From Candidatus Uhrbacteria bacterium (GTDB lineage Bacteria; Patescibacteriota; Patescibacteriia; JACQRZ01), in the NCBI GenBank assembly GCA_016206155.1, contig JACQSC010000004.1:147591-211590 (forward strand): 64,000 bases of DNA. The letters are read 5' to 3'. Under the pieces are notes generated by a model that worked only from the letters and a program-made list of their open reading frames with translations, had not been told where the DNA came from and searched no databases. Each line of letters starts with the position of its first letter. Position 1 is the stretch's first letter. A program made the translations under genes and the position numbers. Positions 27,672-36,332 of the stretch are shown here, piece by piece.

Positions 27672-27929
27672 TTATCGGTATAGATTACTGTGCGTATCAA
27701 GATCAACAAAATAAGCGACATTCTCGCCATCCAGTCGGTATACTGCGCGGTAGTCTCCTGTTATGTTAATGCTACGATAGCCAATCCACCTTCCAACAAG
27801 AGCGTGATTGTTGAGAATTGGATAGTTGATATCTGCGGCAAATAAAATAATCCGTTCTCTTGCCTGGTCTTTAAGGAACGGATATTTTTTCAGCTTCTTT
27901 TCAAATTTTTTGTGAAGAACTACTCTCAT
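27672..27929 (-). CDS. Type II toxin, YafQ/RelE family.
   Basis: HALVGRWIGYRSINITGDYRAVYRLDGENVAYFVDLDTHSNLYR. Confidence 0.7.
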   Translation of the reverse strand: MRVVLHKKFEKKLKKYPFLKDQARERIILFAADINYPILNNHALVGRWIGYRSINITGDYRAVYRLDGENVAYFVDLDTHSNLYR

Positions 27930-28201
27930 AATGCGCGAAAATAGCGAGAGATTTCTTCTTTCGTCGAGAGGATGGGCGAAAGATTCTTTTTTCTTTTATA
28001 GTCGCGTTCAGCGACAGCAATGGTTTTCTCAAGTTGTGGGGTCATCCGCGGAGGTGCGGAAACGCGAAATTCTCGCGTGCGCAACAGCTCTCTAAAATAC
28101 GCGTTCACGATGGTGCTTACGGGCATGCCAATTTCTCGCGCAAATTCCTGCACACCCTCCTTTACCTCTTTGTCGGTTTTGATGCTCATCATCGTCTTCA
28201 T
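27926..28201 (-). CDS. DinJ/RelB-like antitoxin.
   Basis: M(KTM)MSIKTDKEVKEGVQEFAREIGMPVSTIVNAYFRELL parallels the DinJ-like protein at 3036. It overlaps the toxin gene by 4 nt. The track ORF is over-extended upstream. Confidence 0.65.
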   Translation of the reverse strand: MKTMMSIKTDKEVKEGVQEFAREIGMPVSTIVNAYFRELLRTREFRVSAPPRMTPQLEKTIAVAERDYKRKKNLSPILSTKEEISRYFRAL

Positions 28202-28241
28202 ATATCTATAGTATATACACCGGCTTATTTGTGTCAAACAA

Positions 28242-28508
28242 TTAGATGATTTCCTTTTGATAACACGCCTCGCAAAAAACCTTTTCCGGTCGATCTGGGG
28301 AGTAGGTGGTTTCGAATTCCCTTGAACAGCGCCCCATATGTTCGTGACCCGCGCTGCTTGCCCGCCTTTGTGCGGGGTCGCACATACACTGGCGGCGCCA
28401 AAGCTGATGGAGATTGCGGAGCGAGCGGCGAGAATCATATCTGCTCTGCGCGCAAGGTTTCATAGATAGTGCGAGCTCATCGGTAGATATTCTTTCGGTT
28501 ACCAACAT
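28242..28508 (-). pseudogene. C-terminal remnant (about 60-85 aa) of a fourth cysteine-rich paralogue.
   Basis: ...LWRRQCMCDPAQRRASSAGHEHMGRCSREFETTYSPDRPEKVFCEACYQKEII aligns with the C-termini of B and C. It lies immediately downstream of a RelE/ParE toxin, as the intact copies do. Confidence 0.6.
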
Positions 28509-28737
28509 CGATGAGAATAATCTCTATTGGCGAGTCGAAACGAAAAATCACGCGCCAATCGCGCGTGATTCGAAAAGAGTAAAGCCCCGCAAGCTCGCCG
28601 GTCAGTGGTTTAGTATGAAGAAGTGAATGATAGGGGTTTGCTTCAAGAACTTCAAGAAGTCGAGCGAGTTTCTTTTGTTGGGGTTTGGGAAGCGCTCGCG
28701 CATTTTTAAGAAAATGATCGCCGTAGCGCAGGATCAT
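28477..28737 (-). CDS. Type II toxin, RelE/ParE family.
   Basis: KPLTGELAGLYSFRITRDWRVIFRFDSPIEIILIDVGNRKNIYR. Confidence 0.75.
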   Translation of the reverse strand: MILRYGDHFLKNARALPKPQQKKLARLLEVLEANPYHSLLHTKPLTGELAGLYSFRITRDWRVIFRFDSPIEIILIDVGNRKNIYR

Positions 28738-28991
28738 GTCTTTAGGTGTTCAAGAAAAGTTTTTGCATTGCTGAAGCGATAGGTCGGCTGATCGTTCATG
28801 GCGACGAAAACGCGATTTACAAATTCTGGACGATAGATGCCTTCGCCATCTTTTCCGGCAACACCAATAAGAAATGACCGAAGAAGTGTCATCTCTTTCT
28901 TGAGTGTCTTGATGTCTGCCGTGGCTGTGATCATAAGAGTATCTTTCCTCATGTACAGCGTAGCAAAATTTATGGCGCTGTCAAGCGCCAT
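28734..28991 (-). CDS. Cognate antitoxin of unassigned family.
   Basis: 85 aa, with a 4-nt ATGA overlap onto the downstream toxin. Confidence 0.5.
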   Translation of the reverse strand: MALDSAINFATLYMRKDTLMITATADIKTLKKEMTLLRSFLIGVAGKDGEGIYRPEFVNRVFVAMNDQPTYRFSNAKTFLEHLKT

Positions 28992-28994
28992 ATG

Positions 28995-30453
28995 TCACAC
29001 GATCTCCTTCTGATAGCATCCCTCGCAATAAATCTTCTCCGGGCGGTCGGGGGCATAGGTGGTTTCAAATTCTATCGGACAGCGACTGCCGTGATCATGG
29101 CCTTGGCGATCACACATGCACTGCCGGTGATAAAATTCAAAAGCGTTGCGATGGTTCATTCGCTGTCTATGCCGTTCTTCCGGGTGCAAGCGGGGGAGTG
29201 GAAGATTAAAGCGTTTATAGAACGCCAACTCTTGTTTGATAATTTTGTAATTCTTCCCCGTCTTTTCACATGCCAATATTTCTTTGCAGATCGACTCATC
29301 TACCGCTTGAATGTCGTTTGGTATATCGCCCCATGAGATTGTCTCCTTTCCTGTTGTAACGGGGATATCGTCTTGCCAGTTGTATCCTTGTGCAAGCGCC
29401 GCTTCTTTTGAGAGGGGATAAAAATCCATTGCGACTGTTTCGTTATATCCAAACGGAGAGATGCGAGGATCAAACGACAGCCCCCACTCGCCCGTCTTCT
29501 TCATGTGCTCAATAATCTTTTCGCGCAGGACTGCGTATTCGTCTTTTGAGTGTTGCGTATTGAAAATACAGTATTGTTTTACTTTTACTCCGCTGCACCC
29601 AAACAGATTGGTTGACGACAAACAGAATTCGCTGTAGTCAACGTCAGAGGATTTGCTCACGACAACGATACACCACCGAAGGCGCTGACAGTCGGCGCCA
29701 CTGGCAAGCGACTCGTATACAAGCTCGGCCCGTTCGCCAACATAGCAGGACCGCAGTGAATCGCGCAAACCGGGAAAACCCGTATGAACATCGCGGCAGT
29801 TTTCTCCTTCGTACATTTGATAACAATCAACGCAGTTCTTTGACTTCGTAATATATTCGCCAACACATCCTTCAGAATTGTAATTGTAATTGCACCGACG
29901 GGGAAAGCCCCGCACATACTGCTCGAAAAAAGCCTTCTGTTCATCAAGCGGCCTTTGTCTGAACTCTTTGGCTTTTTGTTCGTATTCTTCTTTGCTGTAC
30001 TGCGTGTTCATGAAACAATGGCTCTTGTGTTTCATGTTGCAGCAGAGGAAGCAGTCAGAACAATCCGAGCAGTCCTTGAGAAACTGCGAGGAATGACAGT
30101 TCTGTGAGTCGACCACATACTGGCACGCATAACACTGCTGGATGCCGACACATTCGTAGCACAGCTCGCTTCCAAGCGCGTAATCAGTGTCGACGCAGCT
30201 GCGGCTTTCTTGCGCCAAATTACAGTAGAGGCAATCCTCCATCATGTTTCCCGCAAATGACAGGTAGGAATTTTTTGTGTGGTAACTATAATTGATGTAG
30301 TCGGCGTTTTCGTTATTCGCAACCATCCGCGCCGCGCGCGGCACACTTTTTAGTAGAACATACTGCGGGCTCCGGTACGTTCAGCCGTTCCAATAATCCC
30401 CGATTCGCATCGGTGATCTCAAATTGATTCTTACACTGCGCACAGGGATTCAT
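28995..30453 (-). pseudogene. Cysteine-rich paralogue C. Its N-terminal zinc-ribbon segment (30313-30453) is frame-shifted relative to the body (28995-30344), and about 85 codons are deleted between them.
   Basis: The upstream frame reads MNPCAQCKNQFEITDANRGLLERLNVPEPAVCS...stop. The body frame reads ...SPQYVLLKSVPRAARMVANNENADY..., matching B's ...FFDQLKDLFRSVPQIAMMSKSGENSDF. The C-terminus ...HRQCMCDRQGHDHGSRCPIEFETTYAPDRPEKIYCEGCYQKEIV is intact. Confidence 0.6.
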
Positions 30454-30829
30454 AGAGTTCCAGTCCGGGGATATCTCGAAAATGCTTTACATTAAGGGTG
30501 TAAAGTTGTGCGCAATGCATTATTGCGGTTGCCGCTATTGCTGCGTCTGCAAATTCAATGGGTTGTTTTGCGTCCCGCGAAATTTCTCCGGCACGCCGCG
30601 CCACATCCGTTGTATAGGGAAGAGTGGTAAATGGCGCCATCACCAGGTAGAGTGCGTTCTGCTTTTCGCGATCCTTTGAGCTCTTCCCTTCAAACAATTC
30701 TTGGATGGAAATGGTGGAAATTGCGAGTTCCGCAAGGGGGACAACGGCGGTAATGCGCAGAAGCTGCGTATCGGCTCCGCTTCGTTGGCGGAGGTGACCA
30801 ATAATAATATTGGTATCAAGAATTACCAT
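30431..30829 (-). CDS. vapC: VapC PIN-domain toxin.
   Basis: MVILDTNIIIGHL... PIN signature. Its last codons overlap, in another frame, the ATG of the paralogue-C N-terminal segment. Confidence 0.75.
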   Translation of the reverse strand: MVILDTNIIIGHLRQRSGADTQLLRITAVVPLAELAISTISIQELFEGKSSKDREKQNALYLVMAPFTTLPYTTDVARRAGEISRDAKQPIEFADAAIAATAIMHCAQLYTLNVKHFRDIPGLELYESLCAV

Positions 30830-31119
30830 GATGATGCCCTTCGTTTCCTGGCCGCCGAGAGTTCGCGCGCCCGATGCGCCTTCTCATGTTTCTCATCGAT
30901 CTCTCCCCAGCTTCCTTTTGTCTTCAGCAGCATCTTTTGATATGCGCTCGCTGCGGGACCATTGGAAAAAACACTATGAATCGGGTGAAGATAAAGGCCG
31001 TCTTCATAGGGGATAATATTGACCGATGACCGATCGGTTATCCCAAACCTCTCCCTCAATTCCTTAGGGATAACTACCTGTCCTTTAGTATTGGGTTGGG
31101 TGATATATCCAGGTTGCAT
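30823..31119 (-). CDS. vapB: VapB-type antitoxin with an AbrB/MazE/SpoVT domain.
   Basis: GQVVIPKELRERFGI swapped-hairpin motif. 7-nt overlap with vapC. Confidence 0.7.
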   Translation of the reverse strand: MQPGYITQPNTKGQVVIPKELRERFGITDRSSVNIIPYEDGLYLHPIHSVFSNGPAASAYQKMLLKTKGSWGEIDEKHEKAHRARELSAARKRRASSW

Positions 31120-31378
31120 AGAAGTAATACTTTATATACTTTATTACCTTTACAATACCATGATACCTCAACACCGTCAACAAGCCTTGCTCCGTTGCTA
31201 TTCTATCGCTCTATGTATCCACACTGCTCTAATGCAGGATCAACATCGGGATAAAAATTTCTTTCCCATGAGTGTTTCGCGAATTCCTGCATCAACCCCC
31301 ATGGATTTCCCGCGATCTTCCACGTTCCCATGCCAACCTCCGATACGTTCAGTCCTGTTTTTCCAAGAGCTCTATAGT

Positions 31379-31765
31379 TCATTTTTTTGTAGGATGCGCG
31401 GACGGAGACCCCTCATGTCTTTTTACATTACGTTCATGCAGAGTATAGAAGGCGATACCGTAGCAAATCGTTCGTAGAAAATTTCCGGTTTTGCCCGTCT
31501 CGCGAAGCGCTGTGTCTACTTCCTCAAATAAATCAATGAGTTCTTCTCTGGCGTTTTGATACTCCGAGGAGTAAATGTTTTCACTGTTGGTGTACAATAT
31601 ATTTTGTATTTTTTCCAAACGAGCAAATCGTTCGGGGCTGTACCAGGGATCAACACTCCCTTGCTTTTCTAGTCCCTTCTTCTGCTCGTCCATTATTTCA
31701 TGAACAACCCTTGCTACGCCCGAACAGTGGCTATATTTTCTTATTCTGTCCTCGATGTTCTCCAT
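31379..31765 (-). CDS. Hypothetical protein of 128 aa.
   Basis: An ORF with plausible composition. No motif was recognised. Confidence 0.4.
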   Translation of the reverse strand: MENIEDRIRKYSHCSGVARVVHEIMDEQKKGLEKQGSVDPWYSPERFARLEKIQNILYTNSENIYSSEYQNAREELIDLFEEVDTALRETGKTGNFLRTICYGIAFYTLHERNVKRHEGSPSAHPTKK

Positions 31766-31778
31766 ATGTAATCAAATT

Positions 31779-31852
31779 TGGTGGACCTAGGCGGAATCGA
31801 ACCGCCGTCTGTGCAATGCGAATGCACTGTGCTACCACTATACCATAGGCCC
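31779..31852 (-). tRNA. tRNA-Ala (anticodon CGC), with CCA encoded.
   Basis: Reverse complement GGGCCTATGGTATAGTGGTAGCACAGTGCATTCGCATTGCACAGACGGCGGTTCGATTCCGCCTAGGTCCACCA, with the G3:U70 Ala identity pair. Confidence 0.8.
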
Positions 31853-31859
31853 ATTACCC

Positions 31860-31933
31860 TGGTGCCCCCGGCGTGAATCGAACACACATTACCTCGTTAG
31901 GAGTGAGGAGTTCTATCCGTTGAACTACGGGGG
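31860..31933 (-). tRNA. tRNA-Arg (anticodon CCT), with CCA encoded.
   Basis: Reverse complement GCCCCCGTAGTTCAACGGATAGAACTCCTCACTCCTAACGAGGTAATGTGTGTTCGATTCACGCCGGGGGCACCA. Anticodon loop CTCCTAA. Confidence 0.75.
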
Positions 31934-32643
31934 CCGGCTGTCATATTAAACAGGTATTGCTGGCCAATTGCAAGCACTGTTTGAAAAAACCAATAGAGCC
32001 CCAAACCACTCGGAAACTGGTAGGTCATCACGCCGGTGATAATTGGCATAAAAAACATCATCTGCTTGCTCATCACCGCAGCCATGTCCTCATCCTTTGA
32101 GCCCGGCACTTTTGGAGGACGCTTTGCGATCATAAGCTTTGACTGCCAAAACTGAATGCCCCCAACAATAACTGCGAGAATAATATTTTGGCTCTGGGAA
32201 AGCGAGAAAAGGCCAAGAAACGTGTGGTTCAGTGTTCCGGGATTTTGAATAAAGGGGTAGAGAAGATTTGCGTATCCTTCATCCTTTAGTCCGTTGGTAA
32301 AAACATAAAACAGCGCGATGAGGAACGGAAGCTGAACAAGAAGCGGGAGACACGACGAAAGGGGATTGATTTTCTCCTCTTTGAAAAACTTCATCTGCGC
32401 CTGCGCGAGCCCTTGCTTGTCATCCTTGTATTGCGCCTTTAGCGCCTCAATTTTAGGCTGGATGTCTTGGAGTTGTTTTTGGCTTTCTAGCTGTTTCCAC
32501 GAAAGAGGGTAAAGCGCGAGTTTTACAAGAATGGTCAAAATAATAATGGAGAGCCCAAGATCGTGGTTTGGCAAAATATTGTAGGTCCAAATCAACAGGT
32601 TGAGAAGTGGCTGATAAAATACGGCTGTGAATAGTTCTTGCAT
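31897..32643 (-). CDS. yidC: Membrane protein insertase YidC (short form). The ORF's last ~12 codons overlap tRNA-Arg.
   Basis: 248 aa with multiple TM helices and the conserved YidC/Oxa1 C-terminal region (FPSGLGLYWFFQT). Confidence 0.75.
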   Translation of the reverse strand: MQELFTAVFYQPLLNLLIWTYNILPNHDLGLSIIILTILVKLALYPLSWKQLESQKQLQDIQPKIEALKAQYKDDKQGLAQAQMKFFKEEKINPLSSCLPLLVQLPFLIALFYVFTNGLKDEGYANLLYPFIQNPGTLNHTFLGLFSLSQSQNIILAVIVGGIQFWQSKLMIAKRPPKVPGSKDEDMAAVMSKQMMFFMPIITGVMTYQFPSGLGLYWFFQTVLAIGQQYLFNMTAGPRSSTDRTPHS

Positions 32644-32665
32644 ACATTATTGCATCTCAGAAATC

Positions 32666-32896
32666 TTAAATATGTTCTATTCCCCCCTTGTTCCAGGGAT
32701 TGCAGCGGACGATCCGCCACAATCCGCGCATCGCCCCATGTAGAAATCCATAGCGAATTATCGCATCTCTCATATAAAAAGAACAGGTGGGATGAAAGCG
32801 GCAATATCCGTACGGGAAAAACGCTTTGACCCAACTGTGGTCGGGGGAAAGCAGTTTTTGATAGAGCGAAATAGCGAGTAGCGCGATGTGTTTCAT
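32666..32896 (-). CDS. yidD: Membrane protein insertion efficiency factor YidD.
   Basis: CRFHPTCSFYMRDAIIRYG conserved YidD block. Confidence 0.8.
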   Translation of the reverse strand: MKHIALLAISLYQKLLSPDHSWVKAFFPYGYCRFHPTCSFYMRDAIIRYGFLHGAMRGLWRIVRCNPWNKGGIEHI

Positions 32897-33261
32897 TTTT
32901 TGTTATCCCTCCTCGATGCGGTGTGGCGTCGCTGTATATACGAAAGCGTGCGAACAATCTCGGGTTCCAACAGGGCAGATTTCGCGCCCAGAGCGCTTTG
33001 CTTTACGACAATCACCACGTCTACGGGGCTTGTACACAGTACAATATTTTTTCTCACACACTCGCGCAGTCGCCTTTTGATGGTATTCCGCTCGGTTGCC
33101 TTTTTGGATATTTTGTTCGCGACAACAAAGCCGAAGCGGGGAACAGAAAGAGCGTTCTCGCGCCACCGCACGGTATAAAAGGGAGTCGCCGCGCGCTCTC
33201 CTTTTAAAAAAACCCTCTGAAAATCGTCTTTTCCAGAAAGGCGGTGAATGCGGGACAACAT
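32893..33261 (-). CDS. rnpA: Ribonuclease P protein component.
   Basis: RLSGKDDFQRVFLKGERAATPFYTVRW...RNTIKRRLRE RnpA motifs. Confidence 0.8.
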   Translation of the reverse strand: MLSRIHRLSGKDDFQRVFLKGERAATPFYTVRWRENALSVPRFGFVVANKISKKATERNTIKRRLRECVRKNIVLCTSPVDVVIVVKQSALGAKSALLEPEIVRTLSYIQRRHTASRRDNKK

Positions 33262-33262
33262 G

Positions 33263-33406
33263 TTACGATGCAACAGTCAATTTTTTACGCCCTTTTGCTC
33301 GCCGCCGCTTGAGAACGGTGCGTCCTGTTTTTGTCTCCATACGCGCGCGAAACCCGTGTGTTTTTGCCTTTTTCCTTTTTTTTGGCTGATACGTCCGCTT
33401 TGGCAT
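33263..33406 (-). CDS. rpmH: 50S ribosomal protein L34 (47 aa; absent from the ORF track because it is under 60 aa).
   Basis: Hand translation gives [47 protein letters not shown]. Confidence 0.85.
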   Translation of the reverse strand: MPKRTYQPKKRKKAKTHGFRARMETKTGRTVLKRRRAKGRKKLTVAS

Positions 33407-33616
33407 ATCGAATAAAGCTCATGAATCTTTCACTAGCATACCGTATGTAATAAAAAATGTAAACGAGGGGCTTGCTTTTTTTCTTATTCACATTACACTG
33501 GTTGTTATTCACATGATATCCACACTCTATACACTCGCTCGTTCTTTTATTGTTTTTGGTCCCATGCTACAATCCACGCGTTCTCAATTTACTCTTTCTT
33601 CAATCCTTTTGTGCAT
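33407..33616. promoter_or_regulatory. rpmH-dnaA intergenic region with DnaA-box-like 9-mers: TTATTCACA x2 at 33484 and 33505, ATATCCACA at 33516.
   Basis: One-mismatch matches to TTATCCACA, located at the classical origin position. Confidence 0.5.
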
Positions 33617-35002
33617 ATGAATACCGTCCAGCTCTGGCAGGCTACGCTCGGTGAGCTTGAGATCCTCTTGAGTAAACCGAATTTCAGCACATGGTTCCGC
33701 GAAACATTTGTTGTTTCGCATGAGAATAATAAGGTTGTCATTGGTGTCCCAAACGCGTTTACAAAAACCTATCTCGAAAAAAAGTATCATGTTCTCATCG
33801 TTCGCGCGCTTCGCAATGTGGCGCCCGAGACAATCAAAGATGTGCTCTACAAAGTTGAACTCAAAGATCTCAGAAAACAGGCTGACCCACCCTTCGCTTC
33901 CGAACCCGACGTGTTCAGCCAAGCTCTCGGCCAGTCATTTGCCAAGCAAAGCGCTCCTAGGCCCGAACACGTTACTCCGGCAGGTCTGAATCCGCGCTAT
34001 ACCTTTCATAATTTCATTGTCGGGAAATACTGCGAGCTTGCACATGCGGCTTGCCAGGCGGTCTGTGACACGCCCGGTGAAACATACAACCCGCTATTTA
34101 TCTATGGGGGGGTGGGCCTTGGAAAAACACACCTCCTCCAGGCGGTTGGTCACGAGATCCTTACTCGCAGTCCTGAGAAGCGGGTGTTGTTTGTTACGTG
34201 TGAAAAGTTTTCAAACGACTACATTCAAGCCGTTCGCTCGGGGCGCGCAAAGGAGCTTAAAGACACCTACCGCAGCGTTGACGTTCTCATCATCGACGAT
34301 GTTCAGTTCCTTTCAAGTAAAGAGGGGACCCAGGAAGAGTTCTTTCACACCTTTAATGCGCTCCATCAAACAAATCGTCAGCTTATTATATCTTCAGACC
34401 GCCCGCCAAAAGCAATCCCAGCAATCGAGGGGCGTCTTCTCTCCCGCCTCGAGTGGGGCATGATCGCCGACATTACCAGCCCCGACCTTGAAACGCGCAT
34501 CGCTATTTTAGAAACAAAATGCAAGGAGAAGGGTGTTCGGGTTTCCGGCGATATTATCAACTATATCGCAACAATGGTGCACAACAACATCAGGGAGCTT
34601 GAGGGGGCGCTCAACCGCATTTTGGCGTACAGCCAGCTCAACAACGAGGAGCTTGGGTTTGAAAAAATAAAACAAATCCTCTCGTCCCTTACGATGAGCT
34701 ATGCTAAAAAATCAATCACACCAAAACAGATTGTTTCACTTGTCGCTGAATTTTATAATCTCGCGATTGGCGATCTTATCGGTGAGTCGCGAAAGCGAGA
34801 ACTTGCCATTCCGCGTCAAATTAGCATGTATCTCATGCGCGAGGAAATAAAGTGTTCCTTCCCGACAATCGGACAAGAAATAGGGGGGCGCGACCACACA
34901 ACCGCCATACACGCATACAATAAAATTCAGCGGGATGTTGACGAAAGTCCAAAAGTAAAACAGGATATTGATCTTATTCGCCAACGTATGTACAACATCT
35001 AA
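33617..35002 (+). CDS. dnaA: Chromosomal replication initiator DnaA.
   Basis: Walker A GGVGLGKTHLLQAVG, an AAA+ core, and the C-terminal DNA-binding helix region. Confidence 0.9.
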   Translation: MNTVQLWQATLGELEILLSKPNFSTWFRETFVVSHENNKVVIGVPNAFTKTYLEKKYHVLIVRALRNVAPETIKDVLYKVELKDLRKQADPPFASEPDVFSQALGQSFAKQSAPRPEHVTPAGLNPRYTFHNFIVGKYCELAHAACQAVCDTPGETYNPLFIYGGVGLGKTHLLQAVGHEILTRSPEKRVLFVTCEKFSNDYIQAVRSGRAKELKDTYRSVDVLIIDDVQFLSSKEGTQEEFFHTFNALHQTNRQLIISSDRPPKAIPAIEGRLLSRLEWGMIADITSPDLETRIAILETKCKEKGVRVSGDIINYIATMVHNNIRELEGALNRILAYSQLNNEELGFEKIKQILSSLTMSYAKKSITPKQIVSLVAEFYNLAIGDLIGESRKRELAIPRQISMYLMREEIKCSFPTIGQEIGGRDHTTAIHAYNKIQRDVDESPKVKQDIDLIRQRMYNI

Positions 35003-35213
35003 TAACCCTGTGATGAATGTGTGAATAATGCGTGTATACATTAATTCTGTCCGTGGTGGTACACAGACTATTCGAAACTTTTCCAAGTATCCATCCACAG
35101 TAAAAAATATAAACTCCCTTTTATAAAAAGAAAAAACACCCTTATCCACTCCGTCCACACCCCTTATTATTATTACTATCTTTAGATATATATAAATAGA
35201 AATAGATACCCTT
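35003..35213. promoter_or_regulatory. Putative oriC core: DnaA boxes (TGTGAATAA at 35020, TATCCATCCACA at 35089, TTATCCACT at 35143) plus an AT-rich unwinding element (35165-35210).
   Basis: Seen in sequence. The dnaA-dnaN intergenic region is a common oriC site. Confidence 0.5.
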
Positions 35214-36332
35214 GTGAATATCTCTTGCCTTCAAGAAAATCTCTCCTCATCACTTTCACTCGTACGCGCAGGTATTGGAAAGGAAACCGGACTCACTATT
35301 CTTTCAACAATCCTTATTCGCGCCGAGGAAAAGTTTATTTATCTCAACACAACAAATCTTGAGGTTGCCATTCAGTGTACTGTTCGGGGCAAAGTTGAAG
35401 AAGAAGGAAGTATTGCATTACCAGCAAAAACATTTACTGACTTTATTTCACTTCTTCCAAAAGAAAAAATTGAACTTAAAAAAATCGACACCACACTCGA
35501 GATTACATGTGGAGCGTACCATACAAAAATTCACGGGATGGTTCCTGATGAATTTCCACTTATCCCACCGCCAGAAGGCGGAAGCGTTCTTACGTGTTTA
35601 CAGAAGGATTTAAAGGGCGCGCTTTTCTCTGTGGGCCATGCGGCCTCACAACAAGAAACACGTCCCGAACTTCATGGTGTATTATTTCAATGGGTACAAG
35701 AAAAAAATCACTGTGTGTGCGTCGGAACAGACGCATATCGGCTCGCCGAAACGTTTATTAAGGCGCGCGGAAACACACCGGATGTTTCGTGCATCATCCC
35801 CCTAAAAACAGTATATGAACTTTCACGAACGCTTCTCTCCGATGATGACAGTGAATGTGAGGTTTGTATTACCGACACGCAAGTGAGCATAAAAACAGAT
35901 ATGGTTGAGTGTGTGTCAAAGATTGTTCAAGGGGCATTTCCCGATTATCACAGCATTATTCCCCAACACATCGTTACGCGCGCCGTGCTTGAGCGTGACG
36001 AATTAAACCGCGCGGTGAAGGCAACAAGCCTTTTTTCTCGAGGGGGGCTGCATGATGTGGTTTGTCACCTTGTTCCAACCGACGGGACCCGCGGCACCGT
36101 TACTCTATCATCATCAAATGCAAGCGTAGGTGAAAACACCGTTACTCTCGATGCAGAAATGACCGGCAGTGAGAATACTATCACGCTTAATTATCGCTAT
36201 CTTCTCGATGGGCTTTCCCATATGGAGTCAGATGTCGTTTCGTTTGAAGTTGTTGACACACAAAGCCCCTGTATTTTAAGGCCTGCGGGTAAGGGGGAGC
36301 TTACCTATCTCATCATGCCAATCCGCGAATAA
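35214..36332 (+). CDS. dnaN: DNA polymerase III beta sliding clamp.
   Basis: 372 aa immediately after dnaA. Three-domain length and the C-terminal MPIRE are typical of the family. GTG start. Confidence 0.8.
   Translation: MNISCLQENLSSSLSLVRAGIGKETGLTILSTILIRAEEKFIYLNTTNLEVAIQCTVRGKVEEEGSIALPAKTFTDFISLLPKEKIELKKIDTTLEITCGAYHTKIHGMVPDEFPLIPPPEGGSVLTCLQKDLKGALFSVGHAASQQETRPELHGVLFQWVQEKNHCVCVGTDAYRLAETFIKARGNTPDVSCIIPLKTVYELSRTLLSDDDSECEVCITDTQVSIKTDMVECVSKIVQGAFPDYHSIIPQHIVTRAVLERDELNRAVKATSLFSRGGLHDVVCHLVPTDGTRGTVTLSSSNASVGENTVTLDAEMTGSENTITLNYRYLLDGLSHMESDVVSFEVVDTQSPCILRPAGKGELTYLIMPIRE

Noticed and set aside
31019-31477. Plus-strand 152-aa ORF between vapB and the 128-aa hypothetical
   Set aside because: It is low-complexity and Tyr/Leu-rich, and it overlaps the more plausible minus-strand ORF 31379-31765. 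It is probably intergenic.
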